The notes beneath the pieces were generated by a model. It was not told the DNA's origin, searched no databases, and saw nothing but the letters and a program-made list of their open reading frames with translations. The position numbers were made by a program, and so were the translations under genes. Below, piece by piece: positions 36,733 through 47,413 of a stretch of 64,000 nt of DNA. How positions within the stretch are numbered: the stretch's first letter is position 1; each line of letters starts with the position of its first letter. This stretch comes from Treponemataceae bacterium (GTDB lineage: Bacteria > Spirochaetota > Spirochaetia > Treponematales > Rectinemataceae), in assembly GCA_963677895.2 (NCBI GenBank), contig CAXXGJ010000012.1:1-64000 (forward strand), in the 5' to 3' direction.

Positions 36733-39165
36733 ATGGCGAAGTATCCTTTTGACAGCATCGAAAAAAAATGGCAGAAGCGCTGGGAGGAAGATAAAACCTT
36801 CGCGGCGGCCGAAGATCCCTCGTTTCCCAAGGAAAAGCGCCGCTATGTTCTCGATATGTTCCCCTATCCCTCGGGCGCCGGCCTCCATGTAGGTCACCCC
36901 GAAGGCTATACCGCCACCGATATATACTGCCGTTTCCTGCGCATGAACGGCTTCAATGTCCTGCATCCGATGGGCTTCGACGCCTTCGGCCTGCCCGCCG
37001 AAAACTACGCCATCCAGACGGGCACCCATCCCGAAGTGACGACGATGGCCAACGTCGAGCGCTTCCGGACCCAGATCAAGTCCCTGGGCTTTTCCTACGA
37101 CTGGGACCGCGAAGTCTCGACCTGCCTGCCCGACTACTACAAGTGGACCCAGTGGATATTCCTGCAGCTCTTCAATAAAGGCCTCGCCTACGAGTCGGAA
37201 ATGCCCATCAACTGGTGCCCTTCCTGCAAGACCGGACTCGCCAACGAGGAAGTCAAGGACGGGGAGTGCGAGCGCTGCCACACCAAAGTGACGCGCAAGC
37301 GGATCCGCCAGTGGGTGCTCAAGATCACCGCCTACGCCGACCGCCTCCTCGAAGGCCTCGATACCCTCGACTGGCCCGAGCCGATAAAGATCCAGCAGCG
37401 GAACTGGATCGGCCGTTCCGAGGGCGCATCCGTCCTCTTCGACCTGGACGGCCACGACGAAAAACTGGAAATTTACACGACCCGGCCCGACACCCTCTTC
37501 GGCGCCACCTATATGGTCCTTTCGCCCGAGCATCCTTTCGTCGAGCGCATCACGACGCCCGGACAGAAGGCCGCCGTCGACGCCTATGTCGAGGCAGCCG
37601 CCCGCAAGAGCGACCTGGAGCGCACCGACCTGGCCAAGGAAAAGACCGGCGTCTTCACCGGCGCCTACGCCATCAACCCCGTGAACGGCGAGAAGATACC
37701 CGTCTGGATTTCGGACTACGTTCTCATCTCCTACGGAACCGGCGCCATCATGGCCGTCCCCGCCCACGACGAGCGCGACTGGGACTTCGCCAAGGTTTTC
37801 GGCCTGCCTATCATACAGGTGGTGGCCGCGGCCGGCGAAACCGGTCCCTTCGACCGCGAGCCCGCGGAATGCGCGGCCGCAGACGGTTTCGCCGTCAATT
37901 CGGGTGCTTTCACCGGCCTGCCCACGCCCGAGGCCATCAAGCAAATAACCGCCTGGCTCGAAGAACGCGGCATCGGCAAGAAGGCGATCAACTACAAACT
38001 TCGCGACTGGCTCTTCAGCCGCCAGCGCTACTGGGGCGAACCCATCCCCGTCGTGCACTGCAAGAAATGCGGCATCGTCCCCCTGGACGAAAAAGATTTG
38101 CCCCTCCTCCTGCCCGAAGTGAAGAGCTACACGCCCACCGGCACGGGTGAATCGCCCCTGGCGAATATTCCCGAATGGGTGAACACCACCTGCCCGCACT
38201 GCGGCGGTCCCGCCAAGCGCGAGACCAACACCATGCCCCAGTGGGCCGGCTCCTGCTGGTACTACCTGCGCTTCCTCGACCCAAAGAACGAAAAGGCCTT
38301 CGTCGATCCCAAGATCGAAAAATACTGGATGCCCGTCGACCTCTACGTGGGCGGCGCCGAGCACGCGGTGCTCCACCTCCTCTACAGCCGCTTCTGGCAC
38401 AAGGTCTTGTACGATATCGGCGTCGTCAGCACGGACGAACCCTTCCAGCGCCTCATCAACCAGGGCATGATCCTCGGCGAGGACAACCAGAAGATGTCCA
38501 AGAGCCGCGGCAACGTCGTCAATCCCGACGATATCGTCGCCGAGTTCGGCGCGGATACGATGCGCGTCTACGAGATGTTCATGGGCCCCCTGCAGGTCTC
38601 CAAACCCTGGTCGACCGCCGGTCTCGTGGGCGTCAGCCGCTTCCTCGAGCGCGCCTGGGCCACATCGGAGAAGCCGATGACCGACTCGGCGCCTTCGGAA
38701 GACCTTTTAAAGCTTCTCCACAAGACCATCAAGAAGGTGACGGTGGACACCGATACGCTCAACTTCAACACCGCCATTTCGCAGATGATGATCTTTCTCA
38801 ACGACGTATCGAAACTCGACACGGTGCCGCGTGCCCTGTGGGAACCCTTCGTCCTCATGGTCGCGCCCTACGCCCCCCACGTCGGCGAGGAGATGTGGGA
38901 GCGTCTGGGCAACAAGGACAGCGTTGCCCGCGCGACTTGGCCCCTCTTCGACGAAGCCCTGACCCTCGATGAGCAGAAAGAGGTCGTCGTCCAGGTGAAT
39001 GGAAAAATACGCGAGAGGATTACGGTGGCGGCGGGCACCGACGCGGCCGCCCTCGAGGCGAGCGCCAGGGCTCTGCCCAAGATCATCGAGTGGATCGGCG
39101 GCAGACAGATCGCCAAGGTCATCGTGGTCAAGGATAAGCTCGTGAATATCGTCGTGAAAGACTGA
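36733..39165 (+). CDS. leuS: Leucine--tRNA ligase
   Basis: [20 protein letters not shown] editing domain, [16 protein letters not shown]. Confidence 0.98.
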   Translation: MAKYPFDSIEKKWQKRWEEDKTFAAAEDPSFPKEKRRYVLDMFPYPSGAGLHVGHPEGYTATDIYCRFLRMNGFNVLHPMGFDAFGLPAENYAIQTGTHPEVTTMANVERFRTQIKSLGFSYDWDREVSTCLPDYYKWTQWIFLQLFNKGLAYESEMPINWCPSCKTGLANEEVKDGECERCHTKVTRKRIRQWVLKITAYADRLLEGLDTLDWPEPIKIQQRNWIGRSEGASVLFDLDGHDEKLEIYTTRPDTLFGATYMVLSPEHPFVERITTPGQKAAVDAYVEAAARKSDLERTDLAKEKTGVFTGAYAINPVNGEKIPVWISDYVLISYGTGAIMAVPAHDERDWDFAKVFGLPIIQVVAAAGETGPFDREPAECAAADGFAVNSGAFTGLPTPEAIKQITAWLEERGIGKKAINYKLRDWLFSRQRYWGEPIPVVHCKKCGIVPLDEKDLPLLLPEVKSYTPTGTGESPLANIPEWVNTTCPHCGGPAKRETNTMPQWAGSCWYYLRFLDPKNEKAFVDPKIEKYWMPVDLYVGGAEHAVLHLLYSRFWHKVLYDIGVVSTDEPFQRLINQGMILGEDNQKMSKSRGNVVNPDDIVAEFGADTMRVYEMFMGPLQVSKPWSTAGLVGVSRFLERAWATSEKPMTDSAPSEDLLKLLHKTIKKVTVDTDTLNFNTAISQMMIFLNDVSKLDTVPRALWEPFVLMVAPYAPHVGEEMWERLGNKDSVARATWPLFDEALTLDEQKEVVVQVNGKIRERITVAAGTDAAALEASARALPKIIEWIGGRQIAKVIVVKDKLVNIVVKD

Positions 39166-39190
39166 AAACGGCGAGAACCCTGGAAATTTA

Positions 39191-39219
39191 AAAAGCCGCC
39201 CTTTCCGGGGCGGCTTTTT
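39191..39219. terminator. Bidirectional Rho-independent terminator
   Basis: AAAAGCCGCCC..GGGCGGCTTTTT between convergent genes. Confidence 0.85.
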
Positions 39220-39241
39220 CGTCATCGAGCGATAGAAAGCG

Positions 39242-39841
39242 CTAGCGGATGTACTGTTCGTCCCGCTGGAGGAGACCGTCGTACGCGCGCCCGATGAGGG
39301 CGGGATAACGCTCGGCCGTCATCCCTATCCTGCCGTCGAGGACATTTTTGACGAGAGCGTTCATCAGGACCAGGAACATGTAGATGTCGTTGAGGATATC
39401 CTGCTTCCTGGATTCGTCATGGATGCGCGGCATGAGCGATTGACTCAAGCCGCGATAACGCTCGGCGATATTGCCGCCGGCGATAAATGGGGCGACGGCC
39501 GATCCGAACAGGAAACGATAAAGATTGGGACGCGCCATGCCGAAGGCCAGCATGTGATCGGACAGGACCAGATATTGGCGCAGGGGATTGAGGACGCCTG
39601 CCTGGCCGCCGCCGTCCATTTTTTCCTGCAAGCCTGTCCAGAGTTCGTCGAGTCCCTGCTTTACGACATCCTTGAGGATGGCATCCCGGTTTTCGTAATA
39701 GTTATACAAGGTCATGGGCGATACCTGGAGCTTGGCGGAAATGCTTCGCGTCGAAAGTTTGTCATAGCCTAGCTCTTCGATTATCCGCATCGCGGCGTTT
39801 ACGACAATGGAAACATCATCGATTTTCTTTTCTCTGCTCAC
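39242..39841 (-). CDS. TetR/AcrR family regulator
   Basis: AAMRIIEELGYDKLSTRSIS..VSPMTLYNYY; RPNLYRFLF. Confidence 0.88.
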   Translation of the reverse strand: MSREKKIDDVSIVVNAAMRIIEELGYDKLSTRSISAKLQVSPMTLYNYYENRDAILKDVVKQGLDELWTGLQEKMDGGGQAGVLNPLRQYLVLSDHMLAFGMARPNLYRFLFGSAVAPFIAGGNIAERYRGLSQSLMPRIHDESRKQDILNDIYMFLVLMNALVKNVLDGRIGMTAERYPALIGRAYDGLLQRDEQYIR

Positions 39842-39893
39842 GGCCCTACCTCATGGCATAATCATCTTGATTTTGCGGGATGAGGTCAACGGA

Positions 39894-41252
39894 TCAAGGC
39901 GTCAGGGCGAGATATATCGCTAGAGTCCAGGCAAGGATGGATACCGCGGCCAGAATGACGAGACCTTTTCGGCGCGTGGCGGGATCGCCCGGCGCCTCGG
40001 AATGGATTTCGGCCTGCGTTTCGGTGCTTTCCCATACTTTCGTCATCAGCGCGTCGGCGTCCTGGGCCAGGGCGGCGGGACGTATTTTCCCCTTGTACTC
40101 GATGATCCTGTCGTAATAGGTGAAGGCCGCCGCCACGATCCGTCCTATCCGTCCGGGAAGCTTGAGTCCCGACATGATAGCGGCCTTGGAAAGAAACATG
40201 AGCCCCTCGAAGGTGAGAGCTTTTTCGATGCCTTCGAGAAGGGCGCCTTGGGTGACGCGCCATCCGAAAATCGTCGCGAGGACGCGTCCCGACGGCACGA
40301 TGAGGTTCGCCGCGACGATTCCCAGCGACACCGAAAGGGTGACGAGGAGGGAAAAACGTTTTCCCATCGCCCAGGTGGCGAGGACGAAGAGGCAGAGCAT
40401 GATGACTTGGGGGATTATCCCTTTCATGCCGAGGAATGCCAGCATCACCGCGAGACCGGCCAGCGCGAGGGCGCCCGGCGAAAAAAGGGCTTCCGCCTTT
40501 TCCCTGCGGACTCTTCTCGCGGCGGCGGCTTTTTCCTTTCTTTTATTTTTTACCGCCGTCCCGGTTTTGAAGACCCGGAGGAATGCGGCTTTTGCGGACC
40601 GATTTTTCCCTTCGCCCGCGGCGGCCGCCGCGGTTTCGGGCAAGAAGCCTTCTGCCGGCGCGGGGAGGCCGGCGGCCTTGGCGTACCACGTGGATACGCG
40701 GGCGAAATGTTCGGCGAAGAGGCCGAGGGCGCCGCCGGTGATCAGTCCCATGGCGAGGAAAAGCGGGGCGATGAGCCAGGCCGTCTCCCTGAACACGAGG
40801 AAGCGCGCTATGAGAACCTGGGCAGCGTTCGAAACCATGGCGCCCACGACGGAAACGCCTATCTGGCTGACGAGGCGGCCGCCCGCGCGCCGCATGGTCC
40901 ACATGGCGAGGGCCGCGGCCAGCGTGCCGAAAAGGGAGAAAAGCGCGATGTAGGAAAAAAGCGTGCCCGATATCAGGCTCATTCCGATGACTTTGACCGC
41001 CGCCAGCACGAGGAACCAGCGGAAAGGCAGAATATCCACGGCGAGCAGGATGGGCAGGTTGGCGATGCCGAGCCTCATAAAAGGCAGAGGCTTGGGCAGC
41101 ATGTACTCTATGGCCGAGAGGAAAAAGCAGAAAGCGCCCAGGAGGGCGGTCACATCCGCCTTGTCGGAAAAGCGCTCCGTGGGCCGCTCGGTCGGCTGCG
41201 CCTCAAGGCTCTTGGTGGGCCTTTCGGCGGATCGATCAGTAGACCGCTGCAT
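39894..41252 (-). CDS. Gx transporter family protein (Hpre_diP_synt_I domain) with extra C-terminal membrane domain
   Basis: FLSAIEYMLPKPLPFMRLGIANL, GVSVVGAMVSNAAQ; ATG 41252 overlaps the upstream gene. Confidence 0.8.
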   Translation of the reverse strand: MQRSTDRSAERPTKSLEAQPTERPTERFSDKADVTALLGAFCFFLSAIEYMLPKPLPFMRLGIANLPILLAVDILPFRWFLVLAAVKVIGMSLISGTLFSYIALFSLFGTLAAALAMWTMRRAGGRLVSQIGVSVVGAMVSNAAQVLIARFLVFRETAWLIAPLFLAMGLITGGALGLFAEHFARVSTWYAKAAGLPAPAEGFLPETAAAAAGEGKNRSAKAAFLRVFKTGTAVKNKRKEKAAAARRVRREKAEALFSPGALALAGLAVMLAFLGMKGIIPQVIMLCLFVLATWAMGKRFSLLVTLSVSLGIVAANLIVPSGRVLATIFGWRVTQGALLEGIEKALTFEGLMFLSKAAIMSGLKLPGRIGRIVAAAFTYYDRIIEYKGKIRPAALAQDADALMTKVWESTETQAEIHSEAPGDPATRRKGLVILAAVSILAWTLAIYLALTP

Positions 41253-41619
41253 CGGGGAGCTCTCCTGAATTGTCGCTGCCCTCGATATGGACGAAGACAC
41301 TGTTGGGCAGGCAGGCGAGCCATTGATTGACGGCGCCAATGTCGCCCGCGGCCACGCATGTCTGGTTGGGGCAGGGGGAAGAAGCGATGTGTACGTGATT
41401 CCCTTCGATATGGATCCATGTCGAGCCGAGAGGGCCCGGCACCTCGATATCGCCGTTCTTGTCCAGAGGCTGAATCCATTCGCCCGATTCGCCGGAAACA
41501 TAGACCATGAGGCGTCCTTTGCTTTCGGTGTAAACGAGGGCGGACACGACGAAAACCGCCGCGAGCCCAAGCAGGACCGCGGCGATGTCGAGAATTTTTG
41601 GTTTGAACGCTGACTTCAC
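41236..41619 (-). CDS. NusG domain II-containing membrane-anchored protein
   Basis: N-terminal TM; GPLG, SPCPNQTCV, ACLPN; GTG 41619. Confidence 0.82.
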   Translation of the reverse strand: MKSAFKPKILDIAAVLLGLAAVFVVSALVYTESKGRLMVYVSGESGEWIQPLDKNGDIEVPGPLGSTWIHIEGNHVHIASSPCPNQTCVAAGDIGAVNQWLACLPNSVFVHIEGSDNSGELPDAAVY

Positions 41620-41629
41620 GGGAAAAGAA

Positions 41630-42202
41630 TCAGTCGCCGCAGCCACATCCGCAGCTGCCTTCGCAAGCCTCGTCGCTGCAGCCGTCTTCGCAACCGTCTT
41701 CGCAGTCGCAATCGCATTCGTCGTCGCAGCCGCAGCCTTCAACATGCACGTGACCGTGATGGAGCTCTTCTTCGGTGGCCTCGCGGATATTGAGCACCTT
41801 CACGTCGAAATGAAGGGTTTCTCCCGCGAGAGGATGATTGGCGTCGATGGTGACTTCATCGCCGGCTATATCGACGACGGTGACGATCTGGGAGCCGTCA
41901 TCGCCATGGGCCTCAAACTGCATTCCGGGGGACACTTCGACGTTCTCGCCGAAGTCTTTCTTCGCGACTTTGAAGACGAGGCTTTCGTCCCTTTCGCCAT
42001 AGGCTTCGACCGCCGGAACGACGCAGGCGACGCTGTCGCCGACAACCTTCCCTTCGAGATGCTTTTCCAGGCCCGGTATGATGTTATCGTTGCCGTGGAG
42101 ATAGATCAGGGGTTCGCTTCCGTTGGACGAATCCAAGAGCTTCCCAGCGGCGTCACGGAGACTATAGTCAATAGTGACGACCTTGTCTTTCTTAATATCC
42201 AT
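41630..42202 (-). CDS. slyD: FKBP-type peptidyl-prolyl isomerase SlyD
   Basis: YLHG..NIIPGLE, DANHPLAGETLHF, REATEEEL, His/Cys-rich tail. Confidence 0.93.
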   Translation of the reverse strand: MDIKKDKVVTIDYSLRDAAGKLLDSSNGSEPLIYLHGNDNIIPGLEKHLEGKVVGDSVACVVPAVEAYGERDESLVFKVAKKDFGENVEVSPGMQFEAHGDDGSQIVTVVDIAGDEVTIDANHPLAGETLHFDVKVLNIREATEEELHHGHVHVEGCGCDDECDCDCEDGCEDGCSDEACEGSCGCGCGD

Positions 42203-42393
42203 ATTCTGTCCTTCCGGGCTGTATGTCCCGCGGTTGCCGCGGTCAGGGCGCGTCTGCAGCCTGCCGACCCGATTGCATTTATACTATAATCAAATAATGT
42301 GGTGAGTGGCAATCGCCCTTCCGTCCCGCTATCGATTGAATCCTTGGGCTTTCTTCGGTATCATGGGAAAATCATGGAAAAAATGGAGGGATC

Positions 42394-43248
42394 ATGACTG
42401 CTTTCAAGGCTTTGCTCCTCGGGCTCATCCAGGGTATAGCGGAATTTCTGCCCATTTCCTCGAGCGGTCATCTGGAATTGTTCAAGAACATTCTCGGACT
42501 GACCGAAGTCCCGATTCTCTTCGACGTGATCCTCCATATAGCGACGCTTTTCGCCGTCGTCGCCGTCATGTGGAAAAGAATTCTCGCCATTTTCGTCGCC
42601 CTGTGGGCATTCCTTTTCGGGAAGAAGGATGAAGCGAAGAAGGGGCTCTCGAAGACCCAGAAAAAGAAGGATGAAGAGCAGCGCGAAAACCTCGCTTTTG
42701 TCCTTCCAATCCTCATCGCCACCCTCATCACGGGCGTCCTGGGGATCCTGATCGAAAAAGTCCTCCTCGAGAAGGTCTCCTGGCTGAATGGCCCCCGGGC
42801 GGTCGCGGCGCGAATGCTCATCACCGCGCTCATCCTGGGACTTACCGCGCTGGTCAAGCCGGGCAATCGGGGTCCGGCGGCGATAGGGAAGGGCAGGGCC
42901 GCCTTCATCGGCCTGGCTCAGGGGATCGGCGTTTTTTCCGGCATCAGCCGATCGGGCATCACGATCTCCGCGGGGCTCTTCGCCGGTCTCGACCGGGGGA
43001 CAGCGGGCGAATTTTCCTTTCTCCTTTCGATTCCCGCCATCCTGGGAGCCTTTGTCCTCACCATCGGAGATATCGGCGGCATGCTTAATACGGTCTCCTA
43101 CGGCCAGCTGGCCTTGGCCTTCATGGCGGCCTTCCTCTCCGGAATGGCGGCTCTCAAGATTCTCATCAAAATCATCAAAGGCGGGAAAATTTACTGGTTC
43201 GCCCCCTATCTCGTCATCGTCGGCATCCTGGGGCTTATCCTGGGTTGA
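42394..43248 (+). CDS. uppP: Undecaprenyl-diphosphate phosphatase
   Basis: GLIQGIAEFLPISSSGHL, GISRSGITI, FSFLLSIPAILGA. Confidence 0.95.
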   Translation: MTAFKALLLGLIQGIAEFLPISSSGHLELFKNILGLTEVPILFDVILHIATLFAVVAVMWKRILAIFVALWAFLFGKKDEAKKGLSKTQKKKDEEQRENLAFVLPILIATLITGVLGILIEKVLLEKVSWLNGPRAVAARMLITALILGLTALVKPGNRGPAAIGKGRAAFIGLAQGIGVFSGISRSGITISAGLFAGLDRGTAGEFSFLLSIPAILGAFVLTIGDIGGMLNTVSYGQLALAFMAAFLSGMAALKILIKIIKGGKIYWFAPYLVIVGILGLILG

Positions 43249-43344
43249 TGCTTCGGCATCCTGTCTTTGCCCGATTTTCTCTGAAATGAAAGCGCGAAAC
43301 TGCCGATAATGAAAAATGGCCTCATGGCGCTTAATGGAGAATTC

Positions 43345-45951
43345 ATGGCAAAGTCTCAGGATTCGGCAAATACCGATAAAAATATTCATGGCGAAGGGCA
43401 GAACCCCAAAGCTGCCGTCGTGATCGCGTCCAAACCCAATAAAGCCCCCGCGAAAAAGACCGAGAGCGGCAAGAATGGGGTTGGGCGCGGCGCGAAGTCC
43501 TCCCTTTTTGGGACTCCGGGAAGCAAGGTCGGCTTAGTTTTTTTCGCGATCGCCGGATACCTTCTTCTCACGATCAGCTTGTCTTATTATTGGCCCGCCG
43601 GATGGGACCCCCTCGTGGCTCCTGGACTTTTCCTTACGGACGCTTTTTCCTGGGCCGCTTTCTATCTGCCGGTCTGCTGCGTTTTCGCGGCCGCGCTCGC
43701 CCTGCTTCCCGCATTTCATCCTCGCCTTACTTACCTTCTCGCTTCATCGGTCCTTCCCTTCCTCGTCGCGGCGGGTTTTGCGCGCATTTCGACCGAGCCG
43801 GGAGCTTTTTTCGAAAATCACCCCATATTCGCCGCGGTCGGCATTTCCTCACTCTACGCGGGGCTTGGTTTTCTGTTCGCAGCCTCGCTGGCCGCCGTCA
43901 TATTCGGCTTCGTGAAGCTGAGCGCGTGGATGCGGGCGACCGGCATGATAGTCGAGGCCAAGGCTTCGCGGACCAAGGCTAAGAAAGAGCGCTCTTTATG
44001 GACCAACCTTCAAGCGCGTTTTCGACAGTGGCTGCAGGACAGGAAGGAAAAGCGTTCCCAGGCCGAGATACGTCTGCGTACGGCCCAGTCCATAGCCTCG
44101 GAGCCTTTCGACGTCGATCTGCCCGAGCTGCCGCCGCTGGCGGGCCTGAGGGCGGGCAGAAAGGCCGGGATGGAAGAAGAAAAAACGAGCATGGCGGACG
44201 AGAGGGCGGGAATGGCTATCTTCGCGATGGCGGCGCCCGTTCCGGCCGCTCAGGCTGTGTCGACGGTTCAGGCCGCTCCTTCCGTCCAGAGCGCGGCGGC
44301 CGCCATCCAGCCCCCCCAATCCACCCTGGACGCGAGCGGCAAGGTCATCGAGTTCACCTCGGTGCCGCCTCAAGCCGTTTCGGGAGGCGGCGTCGCCGAC
44401 GACGCGGAGAAAAAAGCGCTCGTGCAGCGCATACTCGAGCGGAAGAAAAAAACCTACGCGGTTCCCATAGACGGCATCCTCAACACCTATCCCGACGGGC
44501 AGTACTGGGTTATCGACGAAAAAACGAAGCGGAACGCCGAAGTGCTGCGGGAGACGCTCGCCGAGTTCAATATCGAAGCCGAGGTGACGGGGATAAGGAA
44601 AGGTCCCGTCATCACCATGTACGAGATACTTCCCGCGCACGGCGTGAAAATTTCCAAGATCACCAACCTCTCCGACAATATCGCCCTCAGGCTCGCGGCT
44701 TCCAGCGTGCGTATCGTCGCTCCCATACCGGGCAAGCATGCCGTCGGCATCGAGGTGCCGAACGAGAGGCGCGCCATCGTCTCCCTGCGCGAGATCATCG
44801 AGAACGAAACGTTCAGGACCTCGAAAATGGAGATACCCTATGCCCTCGGCAAGAATATCTCCGGCGAGGTGCAGTTCAGCGATCTCACCCAGATGCCCCA
44901 TCTTCTCATCGCGGGCGCCACGGGCTCGGGCAAATCGGTCTGCGTCAACGCCATAATCCTTTCCATTCTGTACAGGCGCACTCCCGAGGAAGTGAAGCTT
45001 ATCCTCATAGACCCCAAGATCGTCGAGCTCAAGCTTTACAACGGGATTCCCCACCTCCTCACTCCCGTGGTGACCGATCCGAAGCGCGCGTTCCAGGCGC
45101 TGCAGTATTGCATCTGCGAGATGGAACGACGTTATCTGATACTGGACAAGGCGGGAGTGCGCGACATCAAGTCATACAACAAGCGCGTCAAGGAAAGAGA
45201 CCTCGCGCAGGAAAAACTTCCGTATATCGTCGTCATCGTCGACGAGTTCGCCGATCTTATGGCCACGACCGGCAAGGAACTGGAAGCCACGCTCGCCAGA
45301 CTCGCCGCCATGTCGCGCGCCGTGGGCATCCATCTCGTGCTGGCGACCCAGCGCCCCAGCATCGACGTCATCACTGGACTTATAAAGGCCAACATTCCGT
45401 CGCGCATCGCCTTCATGGTCGCCAGCAAGTTCGACAGCCGCATCATCATAGACATGGTCGGAGCGGAGAAGCTTCTCGGACGCGGCGACATGCTCTATTC
45501 GGGAGCCCAGGATCCTTTCCCCGTGCGCATGCAGGGAGCCTTTGTCTCGGAGGAGGAAGTGGAGCGCGCGGTAGCCCATGTGAAGACGTTAGGCGAACCC
45601 GAATATATCGACGACGAGATTTTCTACGACGAGGAAGAGGAAAACGCCGAACCGGGACTTTTCGATGACGGGGAGGGGGATCCTCTTTTCGAGAAAGCTC
45701 TCGAGATCGTTCTGCAGCAAGGCAAGGCCAGCGCCTCGTTCATACAGCGCAGGCTGAAAATCGGCTACAACCGTTCGGCCCGCCTTGTGGAACTTATGGA
45801 AGAAAGGGGAATTGTCGGCCCATCCCAGGGCTCCAAGCCCAGGGACGTTCTGCGGAACCCTGAATTCTTCGGCGGTCACGCCGACGCGGGCAAGTCTCCC
45901 ATGGAAAGGAAACCGGAATCAGGCGAGGCCGATGAATCCGGCGCGACTTAG
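43345..45951 (+). CDS. ftsK: DNA translocase FtsK
   Basis: N-terminal TMs; MPHLLIAGATGSGKS, DEFADLM, LATQRPS, gamma domain QRRLKIGYNRSARL. Confidence 0.96.
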   Translation: MAKSQDSANTDKNIHGEGQNPKAAVVIASKPNKAPAKKTESGKNGVGRGAKSSLFGTPGSKVGLVFFAIAGYLLLTISLSYYWPAGWDPLVAPGLFLTDAFSWAAFYLPVCCVFAAALALLPAFHPRLTYLLASSVLPFLVAAGFARISTEPGAFFENHPIFAAVGISSLYAGLGFLFAASLAAVIFGFVKLSAWMRATGMIVEAKASRTKAKKERSLWTNLQARFRQWLQDRKEKRSQAEIRLRTAQSIASEPFDVDLPELPPLAGLRAGRKAGMEEEKTSMADERAGMAIFAMAAPVPAAQAVSTVQAAPSVQSAAAAIQPPQSTLDASGKVIEFTSVPPQAVSGGGVADDAEKKALVQRILERKKKTYAVPIDGILNTYPDGQYWVIDEKTKRNAEVLRETLAEFNIEAEVTGIRKGPVITMYEILPAHGVKISKITNLSDNIALRLAASSVRIVAPIPGKHAVGIEVPNERRAIVSLREIIENETFRTSKMEIPYALGKNISGEVQFSDLTQMPHLLIAGATGSGKSVCVNAIILSILYRRTPEEVKLILIDPKIVELKLYNGIPHLLTPVVTDPKRAFQALQYCICEMERRYLILDKAGVRDIKSYNKRVKERDLAQEKLPYIVVIVDEFADLMATTGKELEATLARLAAMSRAVGIHLVLATQRPSIDVITGLIKANIPSRIAFMVASKFDSRIIIDMVGAEKLLGRGDMLYSGAQDPFPVRMQGAFVSEEEVERAVAHVKTLGEPEYIDDEIFYDEEEENAEPGLFDDGEGDPLFEKALEIVLQQGKASASFIQRRLKIGYNRSARLVELMEERGIVGPSQGSKPRDVLRNPEFFGGHADAGKSPMERKPESGEADESGAT

Positions 45952-46430
45952 GAATCGGCCAGACTCTGGGCCCATGCTTCGATCCTGTTCCAGTCGCGCA
46001 TGTCGAAGGGTTGATCGTCCGAGATTCCGAAAATGAAGCGGGCGAATCCGGGAAGCTTTCCCGGGAGACGTCCTCCGAAAATTTCTATCGATGAGGGATT
46101 CACCTTAGCCTGTAAACGGGCTTTCTCTTTCCGTATCGCGCGTTTCCAGATCTCCCTGCCTTTTTCGTACATATATGAAACGATGAAGATATCGACCGGA
46201 ATGCCCTTGCCCGCTATTGTTCCGTCGAGGAAGGCGGAAAACTCGGGAAGCACCTTCATGCCGTTGACCGGACTTCCCAGGATGATCCTGTCGTAGCCGC
46301 GAATGTCGGGCGCCGATCCGATCGCCGCGACATCCACCTCGATGCCGCGGCCTTCCAGAATTTTTCCTACGCGTTGCGCGATTTCTTCTGTCGTTCCCGT
46401 TTTCGAAACATAGCAGACCAGATACTTCAT
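45948..46430 (-). CDS. Flavodoxin domain protein (HemG/Flavodoxin_5-like)
   Basis: YVSKTGTTEEIA, ILGSP, FGGRL, DMRDW. Confidence 0.85.
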   Translation of the reverse strand: MKYLVCYVSKTGTTEEIAQRVGKILEGRGIEVDVAAIGSAPDIRGYDRIILGSPVNGMKVLPEFSAFLDGTIAGKGIPVDIFIVSYMYEKGREIWKRAIRKEKARLQAKVNPSSIEIFGGRLPGKLPGFARFIFGISDDQPFDMRDWNRIEAWAQSLADS

Positions 46431-46480
46431 CGTTCCCCCTTGGGCGGCGCCGCAGCTGCCGCCGTTAAGAAACTTGATTT

Positions 46481-47404
46481 TTAAACCTTGAGCCCTAATT
46501 TCGCGCGCATCGCGTTTTCCATCCGGATGATGCTTTCTACTTCATGGACTGCGTTTTCGTTAAAATCGGCGGCATTCTTGGATCTGGTAACTAAGGACAT
46601 GGGGATGCCCGTCGCGTTCATGTGATATTTCGCGCAGGTGGGGTATGTCCTCATCTCAACGATGGCCGACACCGTGAGGAAGTCGCTCACTTCCCTCGCC
46701 AGCTTCGGTTCCCGGGCGAAATGCGTGTACATCCATTTGTAGAGATCGATGTGGAAGTTAGCCATGACGCCGTTATAGCCGTCGTAGCCGGCGATGAGCG
46801 AATCGAGCAACGTCGAGGTGTTGGCGTTGAACAGGGAGAGTTTACTTCCCTTCACGATGTCTACGCGTCTGTTCAGGATTTCATTGGCGCAGGACACGTC
46901 CTTGAGGAAAACCATCCGTCCTTTCGCGGCGCAGTCGGCGAGGAAGTCATCAGAGCAGAGGCGCCGATAGGGGTAGGGGCATTCGTACATGCCGAAGGTC
47001 ACGTCCGGCAGCTGGGCGAAAATGCGATCCGCGCTCGCGCGGAAAACTTCCTCGCCCTCGTTTTCCTTGGCGAGACGGTTGCTCACGAGCACGACGGCGT
47101 CGACGCCGGTCTGCGCCATGCGTCCCAGTTCGTCGATCTGCTTCGCGGGATCGTCGGCGGTGTGGCCTGAGGCGATGACCTTGATCCTGCCCGCGGCCGC
47201 TTCGCGGACCGCGGTGGCGATGTCCAGTTTTTCCCTTTCGCTCAGGAAGAACATTTCGCTCGATTGGCAGACGGCGAAGATGCCATCGCTGCCTCGTTCG
47301 ACGTACCATTCGACCATCGCGTCGATGGCCTTGAAGTCCACGCGGTTGTCCGCGGTGAAGGGCGTGATCATTGTCGGCCAACAGCCGTGATATTCCTTAT
47401 GCAT
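46481..47404 (-). CDS. Dihydrodipicolinate synthase (DapA)-family aldolase/lyase
   Basis: PTMITPF, FAVCQSSE, YECPYP, FLKD Schiff-base Lys. Confidence 0.88.
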   Translation of the reverse strand: MHKEYHGCWPTMITPFTADNRVDFKAIDAMVEWYVERGSDGIFAVCQSSEMFFLSEREKLDIATAVREAAAGRIKVIASGHTADDPAKQIDELGRMAQTGVDAVVLVSNRLAKENEGEEVFRASADRIFAQLPDVTFGMYECPYPYRRLCSDDFLADCAAKGRMVFLKDVSCANEILNRRVDIVKGSKLSLFNANTSTLLDSLIAGYDGYNGVMANFHIDLYKWMYTHFAREPKLAREVSDFLTVSAIVEMRTYPTCAKYHMNATGIPMSLVTRSKNAADFNENAVHEVESIIRMENAMRAKLGLKV

Positions 47405-47413
47405 TGATATCTC

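Noticed and set aside
46481..47404. dapA (lysine biosynthesis)
   Set aside because: It lacks the GTTGE motif and sits in a catabolic TRAP operon, so only the family is called.
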